Positions 29,272 through 43,659 of a stretch of 64,000 nt of DNA are shown here, piece after piece. Origin of the DNA: Octopus vulgaris. Lineage: Eukaryota. The notes beneath the pieces are model-generated. The model saw only the letters and a list, made by a program, of their open reading frames with translations. It did no database searches and was not told the DNA's origin. The position numbers and the translations under genes were made by a program. Every line of letters begins with the position of its first letter. The first letter of the stretch is position 1. The DNA lies in contig OX597824.1 in NCBI GenBank assembly GCA_951406725.2, positions 90,892,001 to 90,956,000 on the forward strand, written 5' to 3'.

Positions 29272-29872
29272 ACTTTCACCCTTTCGGGGTTGATAAATTA
29301 AGTACCAGTTGCGTACTGGGGTCGAGCTAATCGACTGGCTCCACTCCTCATAAATTTCGGATCTTGTGCCTAGAGTAGAAAATATAATTAAGAATGAAAA
29401 AAGGCAGCGAGCTGGCAGAAACGTTAGCACACCGGACGAAATGCTTAGAGGTATTTTGATTGTCTTTATGCTTTGAGATCAAATTCCGCTGAGGTCGACT
29501 TTGCTTTTCATAATTTCGGAGTCGATAAATTAAGTACCAGTTGCGTACTGGGATCGGTCTAATCGACTGGACCCCTGCCCCCAAAATTTTGGGCCTTCTG
29601 CCTAGAGCAGAAAATAATATTCTGGATGCTTAACATTCAAGGATGGCGAGCTGGCAGAAACGTTAGCACGCCGGGCGAAATGCTTTGCGGTATTTCGTCT
29701 GCCGCTACGTTCTGAGTTCAAATTCCACCGAGGTCGACTTTGCCTTTCATCATTTCGGGGTCGATTAAATAAGTACCAGTTACGCACTGGGGTCGATGTA
29801 ATCGATTTAATTCTTTTGTCTGTTCTTGTTTGTCCCTTCTGTGTTTAACCCCTTGTGGGCAGTAAAGAAACA
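29272..29872 (+). mobile_element. Three adjacent SINE family A copies (29272-29385, 29402-29612, 29641-29872) with two tail types
   Basis: Repeated 'ggggtcgataaattaagtaccag' domain; tails '...cttgtgcctagagtagaaa' versus '...ttgtgggcagtaaagaaa'. Confidence 0.9.
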
Positions 29873-30287
29873 GGTATATTTAATACCGTGTTTGTTCTGC
29901 CATGAGCGCTTGAACTCGTCAGCCCCGAACTTAACACAGTTTGCATGGAGTGTGAGTGACTGTGATTACAACATGTCCCAGCCTACGACTGAACTGGTGG
30001 CTGGTCTGTTGCACGGTTAACTTTCCAGACATTACTGAAACTCGCTTATTGCTGAGTGGACTGGAACAAAAGGAAATGGAGTTTTTGTTTTATTTTTTTG
30101 TTTTTTTTGGCGGGGTCAAGAACACAACGTACCAATCGGTCCAGGAATACGAACCCACGAATCTCGCTCAATAGCTCTAAAGCAGGACATATACACGGGA
30201 CAGTCTCGGATGGAATTCTTTTGAGAACATTGTCATATCATCTTTCATCCCCACCACACCAAACTACATCACATGAATGGAATGGAA

Positions 30288-30591
30288 GCACTCCGTCGGT
30301 TACGATGATGAGGGTTCCGGTTGATCCGAATCAACGGAACAGCTCGCTCGTGAAATTAACGTGTAAGTGGCTGAGCACTCCACAGACATGTGTACCCTTA
30401 ACGTAGTTCTCGGGGATATTCAGCGTGACACAGAGAGTGACAAGGCCGGCCCTTGGAAATACAGGTACAACAGAAACAGGAAGTAAGAGTGAGGGAAAGT
30501 TGTGGTGAAAGAGTACAGCAGGGATCACCACCATACTCTGCCGGAGCCTCGGGGAGCTTTAGGTGTTTTCGCTCAATAAACACTCACAACG
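30288..30591 (-). mobile_element. SINE family C with 'cttgtcactctctgtgtcacgctgaat...ccgacggagtgc' body
   Basis: The reverse complement matches the family C post-head region (gagcgaaaacacctaaagctcc). Confidence 0.88.
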
Positions 30592-30668
30592 AACCCCTTC
30601 ACAATACGCCACACTACCTGTAACAGAATTCGAACTGGCCACGCTCTTTAGCTGGGAAAAGCCACATC

Positions 30669-30702
<34 letters not shown>

Positions 30703-31077
30703 TTCTTGGCTTTCACAACCGCTTCCCTTTGTTAGTAAACAGGTTTACCTGGTCAAATCGCTCTCGGTTTTTCTTTTGTGTTCGCGTAACGACACGTTGG
30801 GGTGTGAAAATCGGAATGCATTCGACCGTGCAGGAGTGCAGAGAAGCGAATCAAAGTGCATCCGCTTCATTTGTTGTGCATTATGGAGAGCCAAGACGAA
30901 AACATTCCCAGTGACACAACAAACAGCTAATCATAAATCTAGAAGCTTCGATGACAAATTAGAGAAAAAGAAGAGAAGAGAGAAGATGAAGAAGGCCGGC
31001 GAATTAGAGTGCGGCGTGGTGGAAGGACGAGATGAAGAAGAGGAAAACGTTTGCTTGTAAATTATGTGCAAATAGTC

Positions 31078-31260
31078 GCAGGTATGGCTGTGTGGTTAAG
31101 ATGTTTGCATCGCAATGACGTGGTTTCTTGGTTCGATCCCACAGCCACGCACATTGAGCAACTATTTTGTTTTTCTTATCGAACTTTTTAGTCGATCAAT
31201 ATGTTACAATATCTTGTAAGTGGAATCCGTAAGACGAAAGCGTTGTGGAAGCCCTTCGTG
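31078..31260 (+). mobile_element. Old SINE family B-like copy
   Basis: 'cgcaggtatggctgtgtggttaag...ggttcgatcccac'. Confidence 0.65.
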
Positions 31261-31444
31261 TACAAAAGCGTAGCAAAGGGGTGAGGTGAAGGGTGGAGGG
31301 CGGGGCGGGGCGGGGCGGGGCGGGGCGGCGGCACACTTGGGTCTGTTACAGAAGCCGTGTAGGATGGGAAAGCTTTGAGTAGCAGAGCAAACTCAAGCGC
31401 TGCGCTGAGTAGCGCACACTCTGAGTAATGAGCACACCGATATA

Positions 31445-31549
31445 CAGCTGCTGCTCCTGCGGCTACTACTGCTGCTGCTGCAACTACTAGTGCTGCTGCT
31501 GCTGCTGCAACTACTATTACTGTTGCTGCTACTACTACTACTGCTGCTA

Positions 31550-31595
<46 letters not shown>

Positions 31596-31757
31596 ACTGC
31601 AACTACTACTATTACTGTTGCTGCTGCTACTACTACTACTGCTGCTACTACTACTGCCACTACTACTACTGCTGCTGCTGCCACTACTACAACTACTACT
31701 GCTGCTACTACTACTACTACTGCCACTACAACAACTGCTGCTGCTACTACTACTGCC
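31445..31757. repeat. (CTA)n/(CTG)n compound repeat
   Basis: Direct reading. Confidence 0.95.
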
Positions 31758-31769
31758 ATATGCCCGTGG

Positions 31770-31956
31770 GCAATTATAGAGTGAATTTTAGGGCTTGTAA
31801 ATCTAATATTTTCCTATCCTTCCTTAATACCGGTTCCCAAATGCTGTTCATATCTGCACTCGATCAGCTTAGGAGGTTGTTGCGTCCTAGCATATGTGCT
31901 GCTTCTTTTAGTTTTCGTATTTTCCATTATTTTATCTCTTATTTTAACTTCATCCC
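31770..31956 (-). mobile_element. Penelope-like element: inverted C-terminal ORF segment
   Basis: Minus strand reads 'DEVKIRDK..WKIRKLKEAAHML...MNSIWEPVL', the continuation of the GIY-YIG ORF at 32263-32586. Confidence 0.8.
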
Positions 31957-32586
31957 TGGACGTATTAATAACACGCACCAAGTATGGATTCAGGACATCC
32001 GTATACCGCAAGCCGACCTTCACTGGATGATACCTCAACTTCAATTCCCACCATCCATACAGTGTCAAGAGAGGAATTGCTCAGTGCCTAAAACATCGAG
32101 CAAAGAATATAAATAGCAATCGCGATACACACCACGAAGAAATGATCAAGCTAAGTAACAATCTATTAAGCAACAACTTCCCCAAAAAACATACTATCCA
32201 CTCAAATTATTAAGAAAAGAGAAGATGAAACCAATAAACTGTCCATAGTCTCTCTACCCTGTGTGAAAGGCCTCTCCGAAAAGATACGAAAGATATGTGG
32301 CCCATATGACATCAGGACAGTGTTCAAGAGTAATAAAACACCTCACAAATATCTCCTTCGAGTAAAACCACCAATAGAAGAAAATATGATCAAAGGCTGC
32401 GTGTACTCCATCCCATGCAGCTGTGGTAGGTTATACAAAGGCGAAACATGCCACCTCCTCAAAATAAGGGTAGAGGGACATCGCAAAGCTGTGACACGAG
32501 GAGATATTGATAAACCGGGTATAGAAGATCATGTATGGGAAAATGGAGATCACTTCTCTCTTTGGGATGAAGTTACAATAATAGAT
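31957..32586 (+). mobile_element. Penelope-like element RT thumb plus GIY-YIG endonuclease fragment
   Basis: 'LDVLI...SVYRKPTFTG*YLNFNSHHPYSVKRGI', 'LPCVKGLSEKIRKI' and 'GCVYSIPCSCGRLYKGET...LKIRVEGH'. Confidence 0.93.
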
Positions 32587-32610
32587 TCTGAGTTCGATTC
32601 CAGGCAGTGA

Positions 32611-32701
<91 letters not shown>

Positions 32702-32773
32702 TAATAAAAATAATAATAATAATAATAACAACAACATCGAATAAGTACCTTAGGAATGAGAACCCAGGTTCGA

Positions 32774-32872
<99 letters not shown>

Positions 32873-33108
32873 AAGAAGAAGAAGAAGAAGAAGAAGAAGA
32901 AGAAGAAGAAGAAGAAGAAGAAGATGATCGAAAATTTCCTAAGGTATAAGAACCCAGCTTCGAAATATCCCTAAGACACCTGATGAAGGCTGGAGGGTAT
33001 ATCAACCGAAAGTTGTGTTAACAACAAACAAAATGAGGACAAATATCCGCCAAATGTAAATAATGTAAATAATGTACATAATTCCTCATCTCTTAAATAT
33101 AGAACTGT
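32587..33108 (+). mobile_element. PLE pseudo-LTR region with partial duplication, split by (AAT)n/(AAG)n
   Basis: 'atcgaa...cctTaggaatgagaacccaggttcgaaat' occurs at ~32736-32777 and again at ~32927-32967. Confidence 0.7.
32975..33019 (+). ncRNA. Minimal type I hammerhead ribozyme of the PLE
   Basis: gacac-CTGATGA-a-ggctg(gagggtatat)caacc-GAAA-g-TT-gtgtt. Canonical core boxes, one mismatch in stem II, and stem III one base shorter than in the other copies. Confidence 0.75.
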
Positions 33109-33174
33109 ACCTTCCTTTCTTGTCTATCTACTTTTCAATACACTTGCATAGATACGCGGAATTAGACATAAGTA

Positions 33175-33392
33175 CGAAGAGGTGCTGAGAAGTTCCTGGG
33201 TTTGGGTGAAAGGAAATACAGGAGGATCAGTTAATTATGATTTTATTCAACATATTCCCCTTCTCAGACTCACACACTTATTGCAACCGACATTCAGTTT
33301 TTCTAAGTCCTGTAAAAGAACTCGGAAGGTTGGACCACCAACCAGGCCTTTCACAATACCCTTAAAGCCAGGAACTTTTCGGCACCCTCTCG
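33175..33392. mobile_element. Tc1/mariner-derived MITE
   Basis: Imperfect ~29-bp TIRs (cgaagaggtgctgagaagttcctgggttt / aaagccaggaacttttcggcaccctctcg) with TA on both sides. Confidence 0.88.
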
Positions 33393-33410
33393 TATAAAAG
33401 AAAATTAAAT

Positions 33411-33461
<51 letters not shown>

Positions 33462-33707
33462 CCATGTGTGTGTGTGCCCGAGAAAGTGAGAGAGAGAGAG
33501 AGAAACAGACAGACAGACAGATAGACAGACAAACAGATAGACAGACAAACAGATAGACAGACAAACAGATAGACAGACAGACACACAGACAGAAAACACG
33601 TAAGACTGAAATTCACAAACTGTAATATAGAACTCAATACCAGCGTGCAATAAATGTGTACAGACACACACGCACGCACACTTACATGCATATAGTATAT
33701 ACTCCTT

Positions 33708-33823
33708 TCTATTCTAGGCACAAGGCCCGAAATTTTGGGAGTGGGAGCAGTCGATTAGATCGACCCCAGTACGCAACTGGTACTTAATTTACCGACCCCG
33801 AAAGGATGAAAGGCAAAGTCGAC
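33708..33823 (-). mobile_element. SINE family A, 3' half
   Basis: 'gatcgaccccagtacgcaactggtacttaatttaccgaccccgaaaggatgaaaggcaaagtcgac'. Confidence 0.88.
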
Positions 33824-34134
33824 ACATGCAGTATATAAACATATGTATACACTTGTAAACATGCTCACATACACGCATACATACATATATACGTACATGT
33901 ATGTATGTATGCGTCTGTGTATGTATACGTGTATGTGTGTGTATGCATGTATGTATGTATGTATGGCTGTATATACCTTAGCTGAATGCAATCACTGGTT
34001 GATAAACTCGAAAGATGGAACCAGGGCACCTCAGTCTACACTCATGGCTTTCAGCTAATATAAGTACACATAATACTTATGTGCAAGTGTATGTATATGT
34101 CTGCATGTATATATACACACCTACACACACACAG

Positions 34135-34225
<91 letters not shown>

Positions 34226-34526
34226 GAATAAACTTAAGCTTATAATGTTGAAGCAAACAACTTTGTGAACGTATAAACAAGAACAATTTATGCAGAAGTA
34301 AAAAATAGCTTAAAACATCTATTTTCACTTTCGCTTTTATTTTAATATTTGTAAATTTTTCAATCATATCTTACGTACGTATTAGCTGTTGTTGATGTTG
34401 TTGATAGCACAGTACACGTTGTAATTGTATATATATATATATAGATATATATATATAGACACGCGCACACACACAAACATACAGTTTTGTATATATAGAT
34501 ATGTATGTATGTTATCGTTGTTTATT

Positions 34527-34595
<69 letters not shown>

Positions 34596-35036
34596 CTTGA
34601 ACTGACTGAGAATCGACTGAGGAGTTTTAAAGGAAATTAAAAACAGAAACTTGAGGGCCTTGTTTAGCTTTTTAAACTGATTGCTGGCGCAGACTTTATG
34701 TAAAAAGCATTTAAAATTGCGGAAACAGACAGACGGACGCAGAAGAAGAACAACACACACACAAACAGATACATACATACATACATACATACATACATAC
34801 ATACATACATACATACATACATACGTACGTACATACATACATACATACATAGAGTTCGCATGCAAATACACATATGCACACAAGCAGCTATAAACACATG
34901 TAGACATTTATCAAGCCTAAGTATGTGTATACGCGTGAATAAATTCGTATATATACACATTTGCATACATACATACATATATATCTATATACATATATAT
35001 ATATATAAATATATACATATATATATGTATGTATCC

Positions 35037-35093
<57 letters not shown>

Positions 35094-35819
35094 TTTGCAT
35101 TTATGCACGCATACATATGTATTCAAATATGTGTTTATGTATTACTAATAAAATATGTATATTTGTAAACTCATTACCCTTCCAACTACGATCCATGTGT
35201 ATATACACTCTATATCTATATAAATATGTATATATATATATATATACATATTTATATAAATGTATGTCTGTATTTGGCATGCGCGCGTGGTGTATAAGCG
35301 TACCTATGTATGCATATGTATATACGCATGTAAGTGTAACTATGTGTGTATGTATATAAATGTATACATACATATGTGAGTATGTATATATGTATTATTC
35401 GCCGATATTTACTTATATGTGAATGTGTGTGTGCGTGTGTGTGCATAAATAGACAGACAGGAACAGACAGACAGACAGACAGACAGACAGGCAGACAGAC
35501 AGGCAGACAGAATATTGATTGTGACTTCGAAGTTTCGACTAGTTTACCCACCATCAGACTGCGATGCGTGAGGTTAATCTTGGCTTTATATAGTCTCTGT
35601 TGAATCAAAAATATTTCTTTGGGTGGTTGGTTTTGAGTGGATTGGTAATTAGGGTTAGGGCTGGTTGTTATGGAGAAGTGTTTTAGAGAATTTTTTATTG
35701 ATGTAAATGTATGTATGTATGCTTTGTCATCGGCGGCGGCAGCGGCGGCAGCGGCGGCAGCGGCGGCAGCGGCGGCAGCGACGGCTTTATCTCGAGTCCA
35801 AGAATTTAATTCCTTCTTT

Positions 35820-36400
35820 ACCGATCGCTTCCTTGGTGGTGATGCCGTTGGTGACTCTGTAGACCAATTCTTGCAAAGAAGAGCCCATAGCATTGGCTGA
35901 ATGGCAATGTTGGTGAAGGACGAGATTGATTTTGCCAAGCCTTTCTCTGCCTTCGTTTGATTTCTTCATTTTCACTTTTGCTGGCTTCAAAGTTTTTGGT
36001 TCCAGTGATGATTGAACCCACCACTTTGGAGGGTCTCGGGCTTGTGTTTCAAACAATTTAGACTCAATTGCCGTGGTTTTCAGTGTTGTTTTGAGTTGGT
36101 CGTTGTATCTTCGAAGATTGCAACGCCGTTGTCTTTTTTTCCTGAAGTCAGTTCACTGAATAAGACTTGGGGTAGGAATCATGACTCTCCCATTCTTGCT
36201 ACATGACCTGACAATCAAAGACGGTGCTTCATGATCAACGATTCGAGGCTTTGACCATTTGGCTCTTTCCAGGGCTTCGTCGGTGGTCACACAGTGTTCC
36301 CATTTGATGCTCGACTTTGAACGAAGCTTTTCGTGGTGAAAACGTTCTAATTTCTGGATGTTGCGACGACATAGTCAAGGTTTCGCAGCTTTATGGCAAA
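35820..36400 (-). mobile_element. RTE-clade LINE 3' fragment, decayed
   Basis: 'IKWEHCVTTDEALERA', 'GHVARMGES..PQVLFSEL', 'RRYNDQLKTTLK' and 'QCYGLFFARIGLQSHQRHH'. Confidence 0.85.
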
Positions 36401-36764
36401 ACTGAAATGACAGCAACATTATTGAGCATATATATAAATAGATTAAATGTATATATTCTTTTCTGTTTTATTCGTCTACAGTTCCAGTCATTGGACTGCG
36501 CTCAAGCATAGTACATCTCAGAATACATTATTAAATGTATCCCTTCTCTGAGGTGAATATTGCCTTTCATCCATTCAGGATGGACAGGTTAAAAGCCCGA
36601 CCAAAAGGAAATTGATAGAAGTTAGACGTGGTTCTTTGCGGCTTTTGTTCCACTCCCGATATATTTTGAATTCGAAATGCTCTGTGGGTGTTCATAACCA
36701 AAGCTAATCACCCAAATCCAGAAATCTCTCATTTATTCCGGGTGAATAGGTAGAACTAGAACCA

Positions 36765-37055
36765 TAACAGCCCAGCACCCATGACTTTCGAAAACATTTT
36801 TTCACGCTAAGAGTTGCTGAAGCATGGAACAAACTGCCGGCATCAGTTGTTAGTTGTCGGACCACTGCATCCTTCAAAACTTCCATGCTTCCTGAGATTT
36901 GCCAACACTACACCTGATTTTCTCCCCTCCATACACACGCAAGCATGTATCTGACTCATACACTGTTCACTTTCCAGACATTTGTACATTACTGCATATG
37001 CTTTATACGCACTTTTGACAAGTTGTGGTGCACCTGAGCACGGTATACAATAATT

Positions 37056-37060
<5 letters not shown>
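36765..37060 (+). mobile_element. CR1/L2-group LINE 3' end with (ATT)n tail
   Basis: 'DFRKHFFTLRVAEAWNKLPASVVSCRTTASFK' (the FFxxRVxxxWNxLP motif), then 3' UTR and (ATT)n. Confidence 0.88.
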
Positions 37061-37132
<72 letters not shown>

Positions 37133-37135
<3 letters not shown>

Positions 37136-37555
37136 TAGTTTTATTTTTATAGCGTGCTTTCACTTCACTACCGAGCACAGCTCTGTGTGCCTTGGGTATG
37201 TGCTGTGATTTGTTGTGATGCTCTGATGGTTTATTGAATGGAAAGTGTTCTGCGTAGGATGTGTGCAGTGCCTAGTAGTGCAATTTTCTGTATATTATAT
37301 GTGTTTGTAAGTCCTGGTGTTTTTGTTATGTATTTGTCTGAATATTTTTTTATCATGCCTAATGCACCTACTATGATAGGAATTGTTTCTGTTTTCAGAT
37401 TCCACATTCTAGTTACCTCTATTTCCAGGTCTTTGTATTTTGAGAGTTTCTCCATTTCTTTTAGAGACACGTTGTCATCTGCCGGTATTGATACATCAAT
37501 TAGAAAGCATTTTTTTTCTTCATGATCTCTGACAACTATATCTGGTCTGTTGGCC

Positions 37556-37558
<3 letters not shown>
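37133..37558 (-). mobile_element. R4/Dong-like RLE LINE, 5'-truncated, flanked on both sides by (TAA)n
   Basis: Uninterrupted ORF end 'ANRPDIVVRD..KKCFLIDVSIP...KLSKYKDLEIEVTRMW...IPIIVGALG...IQKIALLGTAHILRRTL'. Confidence 0.93.
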
Positions 37559-37611
<53 letters not shown>

Positions 37612-38529
37612 TATTATTATTATTATAAACAAGCAGTGCCGTAAGATCCGGTATAGGTAATTGAGTTTTCAATTAAAATAGCTATTTAGGAATCATTCTT
37701 AATGTATATACATTGTTGGTAGGCCAGTTACTACGATATTTGTCCAGAGATGACATCTTTGAAGGAAGTGTTATGTTTTTAACATAACAAATATCAGGGC
37801 AAAATGGAAATTTGTTCCGGCAGCAACCAGCGAGGACACCAGATGCATGATGGGTTTCTTTTGATGTGGATTCAATTCGCAGGGGATCGATAAAAGTTGA
37901 ATTAACTGGAATGAAATACCTTTCCTTCTTAAAGCGGCAGGGCATGATTTAAAGGAGATATAGCTGCTACTTCTAGCAAGTCGAACAACTGCGTAGAGGA
38001 TCCCTCCTTTTGCTCATATAACTACTTTCATAAGTTGCCCTAATACCTCTTTCCACTCTCCTATGGGTATTGAAAAGTAAAGCGTAAAGAGACTGGACTA
38101 AACACCCACAAGGCATTGCTCCTTGCAGCATATCCACCACCACCACCACCACCACCGACGCCGCCATCGCCATCATCGTCACTCCAACACTCGCCGCCGC
38201 CATTGCCTTCACCTCTATCACTCGACGGCAGTCAATAAATTTAATAAGATTCAAAATGGATGGATTGGAAAGGTTAGAGTTGAGCATTTGATGAAATGGC
38301 GATTAGAAATAAGTGGTTTGTTTTTAGATGGCTGCGCGCTTGTGGTGACTCTTACTGGCGGCTTTTATCGATACGAACGTCAGGGATACACGCACGCATG
38401 CGTACAAGCACGCATGCGTATAAGCACGAGCGGCCGAGACCCATTTATTCACACACACACACAAACATACACACACATATATATATACATATATAAATAC
38501 ATAAACGTATATAATTTCGCGCACATATA

Positions 38530-39700
<1,171 letters not shown>

Positions 39701-41074
39701 CTCGGTCAACATAGCCACGTGATATAACAGAAAATAAAGAGAAGAGGAAAGACAAGGAGAGAGAGAGAGAAAAAGAGAGAGACAGACAGACAGACAGAGA
39801 GGAGGAGAGAGATAATGGAAAAGGCGGGTAAAGGAAAAGAGCAGAGGTGGTGGTGGTGGTGGTGGTAGTGGTGATGGTGATGATGGTGGTAGTGGCGGAA
39901 GAGGTGATGGCTGCGATGGCGGTGGTGGTTGTGGTGAAAAGGTGATGTGCTTCGTGTATGTGTATGTGTGAGTGTGTGTGTGTGTGAGTGTGTGTGTGTG
40001 CTTAGAGAAAGACGTCTGTTGTGTATGTGTACGCTTGTGTGTTTTTGTGTGTGCACATGTATATATATATGTATGTGTGTGTATGTGTTTGTGTCTGTGT
40101 ATGAGTATGTCGATTTGTGCATTTCTGTGTGTGTGTGTGTGTGTGTATTCACCAGTTTCCCTCCCCATCACCACCCCCATTCCCTCCCTCCATCCCTCCC
40201 CCCTTCCTTGTATGGTGTGTATGGTTTTTGCTGCTCAGATCTGCATGGTTAGCAGTGTGAAACGTTGGCGAAAAGTCCATTATAATGGAGATATATATTC
40301 CCGGGTTTTTACACTGTTCGAAATTTAGCCTGCGGGAACCCTAGTGTGTGTTAAAACAATCGACAACGGGGAGAAACAGAACGGGGACGAGAACGGCGAT
40401 GACAACGGCGATGAAGACATTGGAAAAAAAAAGGGGGGCAATGTATGAAAAAGAACGAAGGGGAATTCCATCAGAGATAGGGATAAACGTAAAATAAAAG
40501 ATAGACGTAAAGAAAAAGTAAAATGTTGCAAAATTGCCATCGGCTCATTTTGTTGGTTTTTTCCTTTCTTTTTTTCCTTTCTTTTTTTCCTTTCTTTTTT
40601 CTTTCGTTCTTGTCTTCCCTTCTATCATTTTCTTTATTCATTTATTTATTTATTTCTATTTTATTTTCATCTCAAATCACAATGGGAAAATTACAGCGAA
40701 ACGGGGGTAGGGTAGAACACGTTATACAGAAACGTTAAGATAGATAGATGGATAGAGAGAGAGAGAGAAGCAAAGAGACAGAGACAGACAGAGAGAGATG
40801 AATAGGGAGAAAGAGGAAGGGAGGGAGTGAAAGAGATATAATTTAATTTGAGACCGGTGTATGCGTGTGTATGTATACATACATATATGTATGCATTTAT
40901 GTCGATCAGTATCTGCAGATGTTTGTGTATGTGTGGTGTGTGTCTATTGGTGCGGACATGTGTGTGTTTCGGTAAATCTTATGTAGACATATATGCATGC
41001 AAATATGTGGTTGTATGTGTGGGTGTGTATGTCAATCTATCTATCTATCTATCTATCTGTCTATCCAGCTATCC

Positions 41075-41122
<48 letters not shown>

Positions 41123-41460
41123 GTCTGCCTGTCTGTCTGTTTATCTATCTATCAACCTATCTTTCTATCTACCTAACTCTCTCTCTCTCTCTCTCTCTGT
41201 TTATCTATCTATCTCTTCTCTCTCTTCTCTCTCTTTATATATATGTGTGTGTGTGTGTGTATGTGTATATATATAGATATATATATATATATATGTGTGT
41301 ATGGTCATATATACATTTACATACATGTATATATAAATATGTATGTATGTATGTATGTATATCTGTATATTTATATATATATATATATATACATATATAA
41401 ATATGTATATGCATGCATATATACATGCTTTATTTATATGTACATGCGTGTGTATACACT

Positions 41461-41491
<31 letters not shown>

Positions 41492-41759
41492 ATGTCGATA
41501 AATTTAGATATACCAGAGATGACATGTGTATGTGTACCTATCAATGGATACATTAACACACACCAAACACATTCATACATATACACATATATATTTACAC
41601 ACAGACACACACACACACTAACAAGGGCTCCCACTGAATTTTCTGTTTTTTTTGTTTTTTTTTTTTTGCATATCCCCCTCGGAGACTTTCGAATTACTAT
41701 ATTGAGTGCTAGCAGCTATCATCGTAAGGAGTGGAGGTGATGACCGAGTCATTCAGTTT

Positions 41760-42030
41760 TCTATTGTAAAATGGCGGCTGTTGACAGAGAAATGTCAGAT
41801 GACATTGTTATAGCGTTTCAATAAGAGAAGCAACGACAAATAAAGAGGCAGCCATTTTGAATAAAATGAGACAATGATGACGAAATCTAACCAATTTGAA
41901 ATGAAGGTCGATGTCGTTTTTTTTCAAGTTTTTTTTTTTTTTTTGGTGTATGTAATTTTTAATTTTTTTTTTTAATAGACGCTTTGCGAAGACTAACGAA
42001 GTGTGCTGCAAGAGACACGCTGATTGGTCA
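41760..42030. promoter_or_regulatory. Candidate regulatory island (two YY1-like motifs, inverted CCAAT box)
   Basis: AAAATGGCGGC at 41768-41778, GCAGCCATTTT at 41848-41858 and CTGATTGGTC at 42020-42029, in non-repetitive sequence. Confidence 0.35.
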
Positions 42031-42269
42031 GTTGCTTTTTTTTCTGGTTTTGTTTTTTTTTGCGTTTACCAATCGTTTTGTGTTTAGTTTTGTCATACAT
42101 ACATACATACATATAGATATACATACGCACACACATACATATATACATACGCACACACATACATATATATATACAAGTATAAAAGTATATATGTATGCAT
42201 ACATACCATACATATAGATATAAATACGCACAACATACATATATACATACATACAAGTATAAAAGCATA

Positions 42270-42870
42270 CATGCATGCATGCATACATACATATATACAT
42301 ACATACATATATACATACATACATATATACATATATACATGCATACATACATATACATATATTAATGCATGCATACATACATACATACATATATACATGC
42401 ATACATACATACATGCATACATACATACATACATACATTTATACATAAATACATACATACATTTATACATACATACATACATACATACATACATACATAC
42501 ATGCATACATACATACATACATACATACATACATACATACATACATACATACATACATACATACATACATACATTTATACATACATACATACATACATAC
42601 ATACATACATTTATACATACATACATACATACATACGCACAACATAAATATATACATACATACTTACATACATCTATAAAAGCATATATACATGCATGCA
42701 TACATACATACATACATACATACATAAATACATGCAGGCATATATACATTGTCTGGTACTCACACACACATACTTACATGTATACATGCATACATACATG
42801 CATGCATTCATACATGAATGCATGCATCCATACATACATATATACATGCATACATATAGATAAATACGTG
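42270..42870. repeat. (CATA)n array
   Basis: Direct reading. Confidence 0.95.
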
Positions 42871-42914
42871 CAGGCATACATACATGCATTGTCTGGTACT
42901 CAATCGATTACGAT

Positions 42915-43185
42915 TACAAGTCTTCTAATCAACGAACAGCCTGCTTGTGTAATTAACGTGCAAGTGGCTGGGTATTCCACAAACATATGTACCCTAAACG
43001 TAGTTCTCAGAGAGGTTCAGCATGACACAGAATCTGACAAGGCTGGCCCCTTTGTAATTACAGGTACAACTCATTTTTGCCAGCTGAGTGGACTGGACCA
43101 ACGTGAAATAAAGTGTCTTGCTCAAGGACACAACGCCCCGCTTGGGAATCAAACTTACGACTTTACGATCGTGAAACGAAAATCT
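42915..43185 (-). mobile_element. SINE: tRNA head plus CORE-like domain plus the same body as 30288-30470
   Basis: Minus strand 'gtgtccttgagcaagacactttatttcacgttg', then 'ccagccttgtca...aactacgtt.agggtaca...agccacttgcacgttaat'. Confidence 0.8.
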
Positions 43186-43197
43186 CAAACTATGTGC

Positions 43198-43234
<37 letters not shown>

Positions 43235-43240
43235 ACACAC

Positions 43241-43301
<61 letters not shown>

Positions 43302-43659
43302 GACGCGTTCACACGCTTACAGGCGTCGTGTTATTTCAAAACAATAAACCCGAAATTGCGGAGTTGTGAAACTTCGGCTTTGACTAAATGTATAAACTCT
43401 GTTATATACAATATATGTATGTATGAATATATGTGTGTATGTTTGTATGCATGCATGTATGTATGCATGTATTTATGTGTGTGTGTGTGTTCTCTTTCTT
43501 TTTTTTAATTCAAAGTAAATTTTGACTGACTCCCTAATTAATAGCGAGGTTGCAAAGGAAAGCATCATGTTTTGCTCCTCATCCCTTAAATCTTAAAAAG
43601 GCCTTATAGATTTCTATAGTCCCAAATATCGTGATCATTTATAGAATATGAATTAAGGA

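Noticed and set aside
35731-35785. Poly-alanine coding tract (GCG/GCA)
   Set aside because: A 9-bp periodic repeat at the 3' end of an RTE fragment with no supporting exon.
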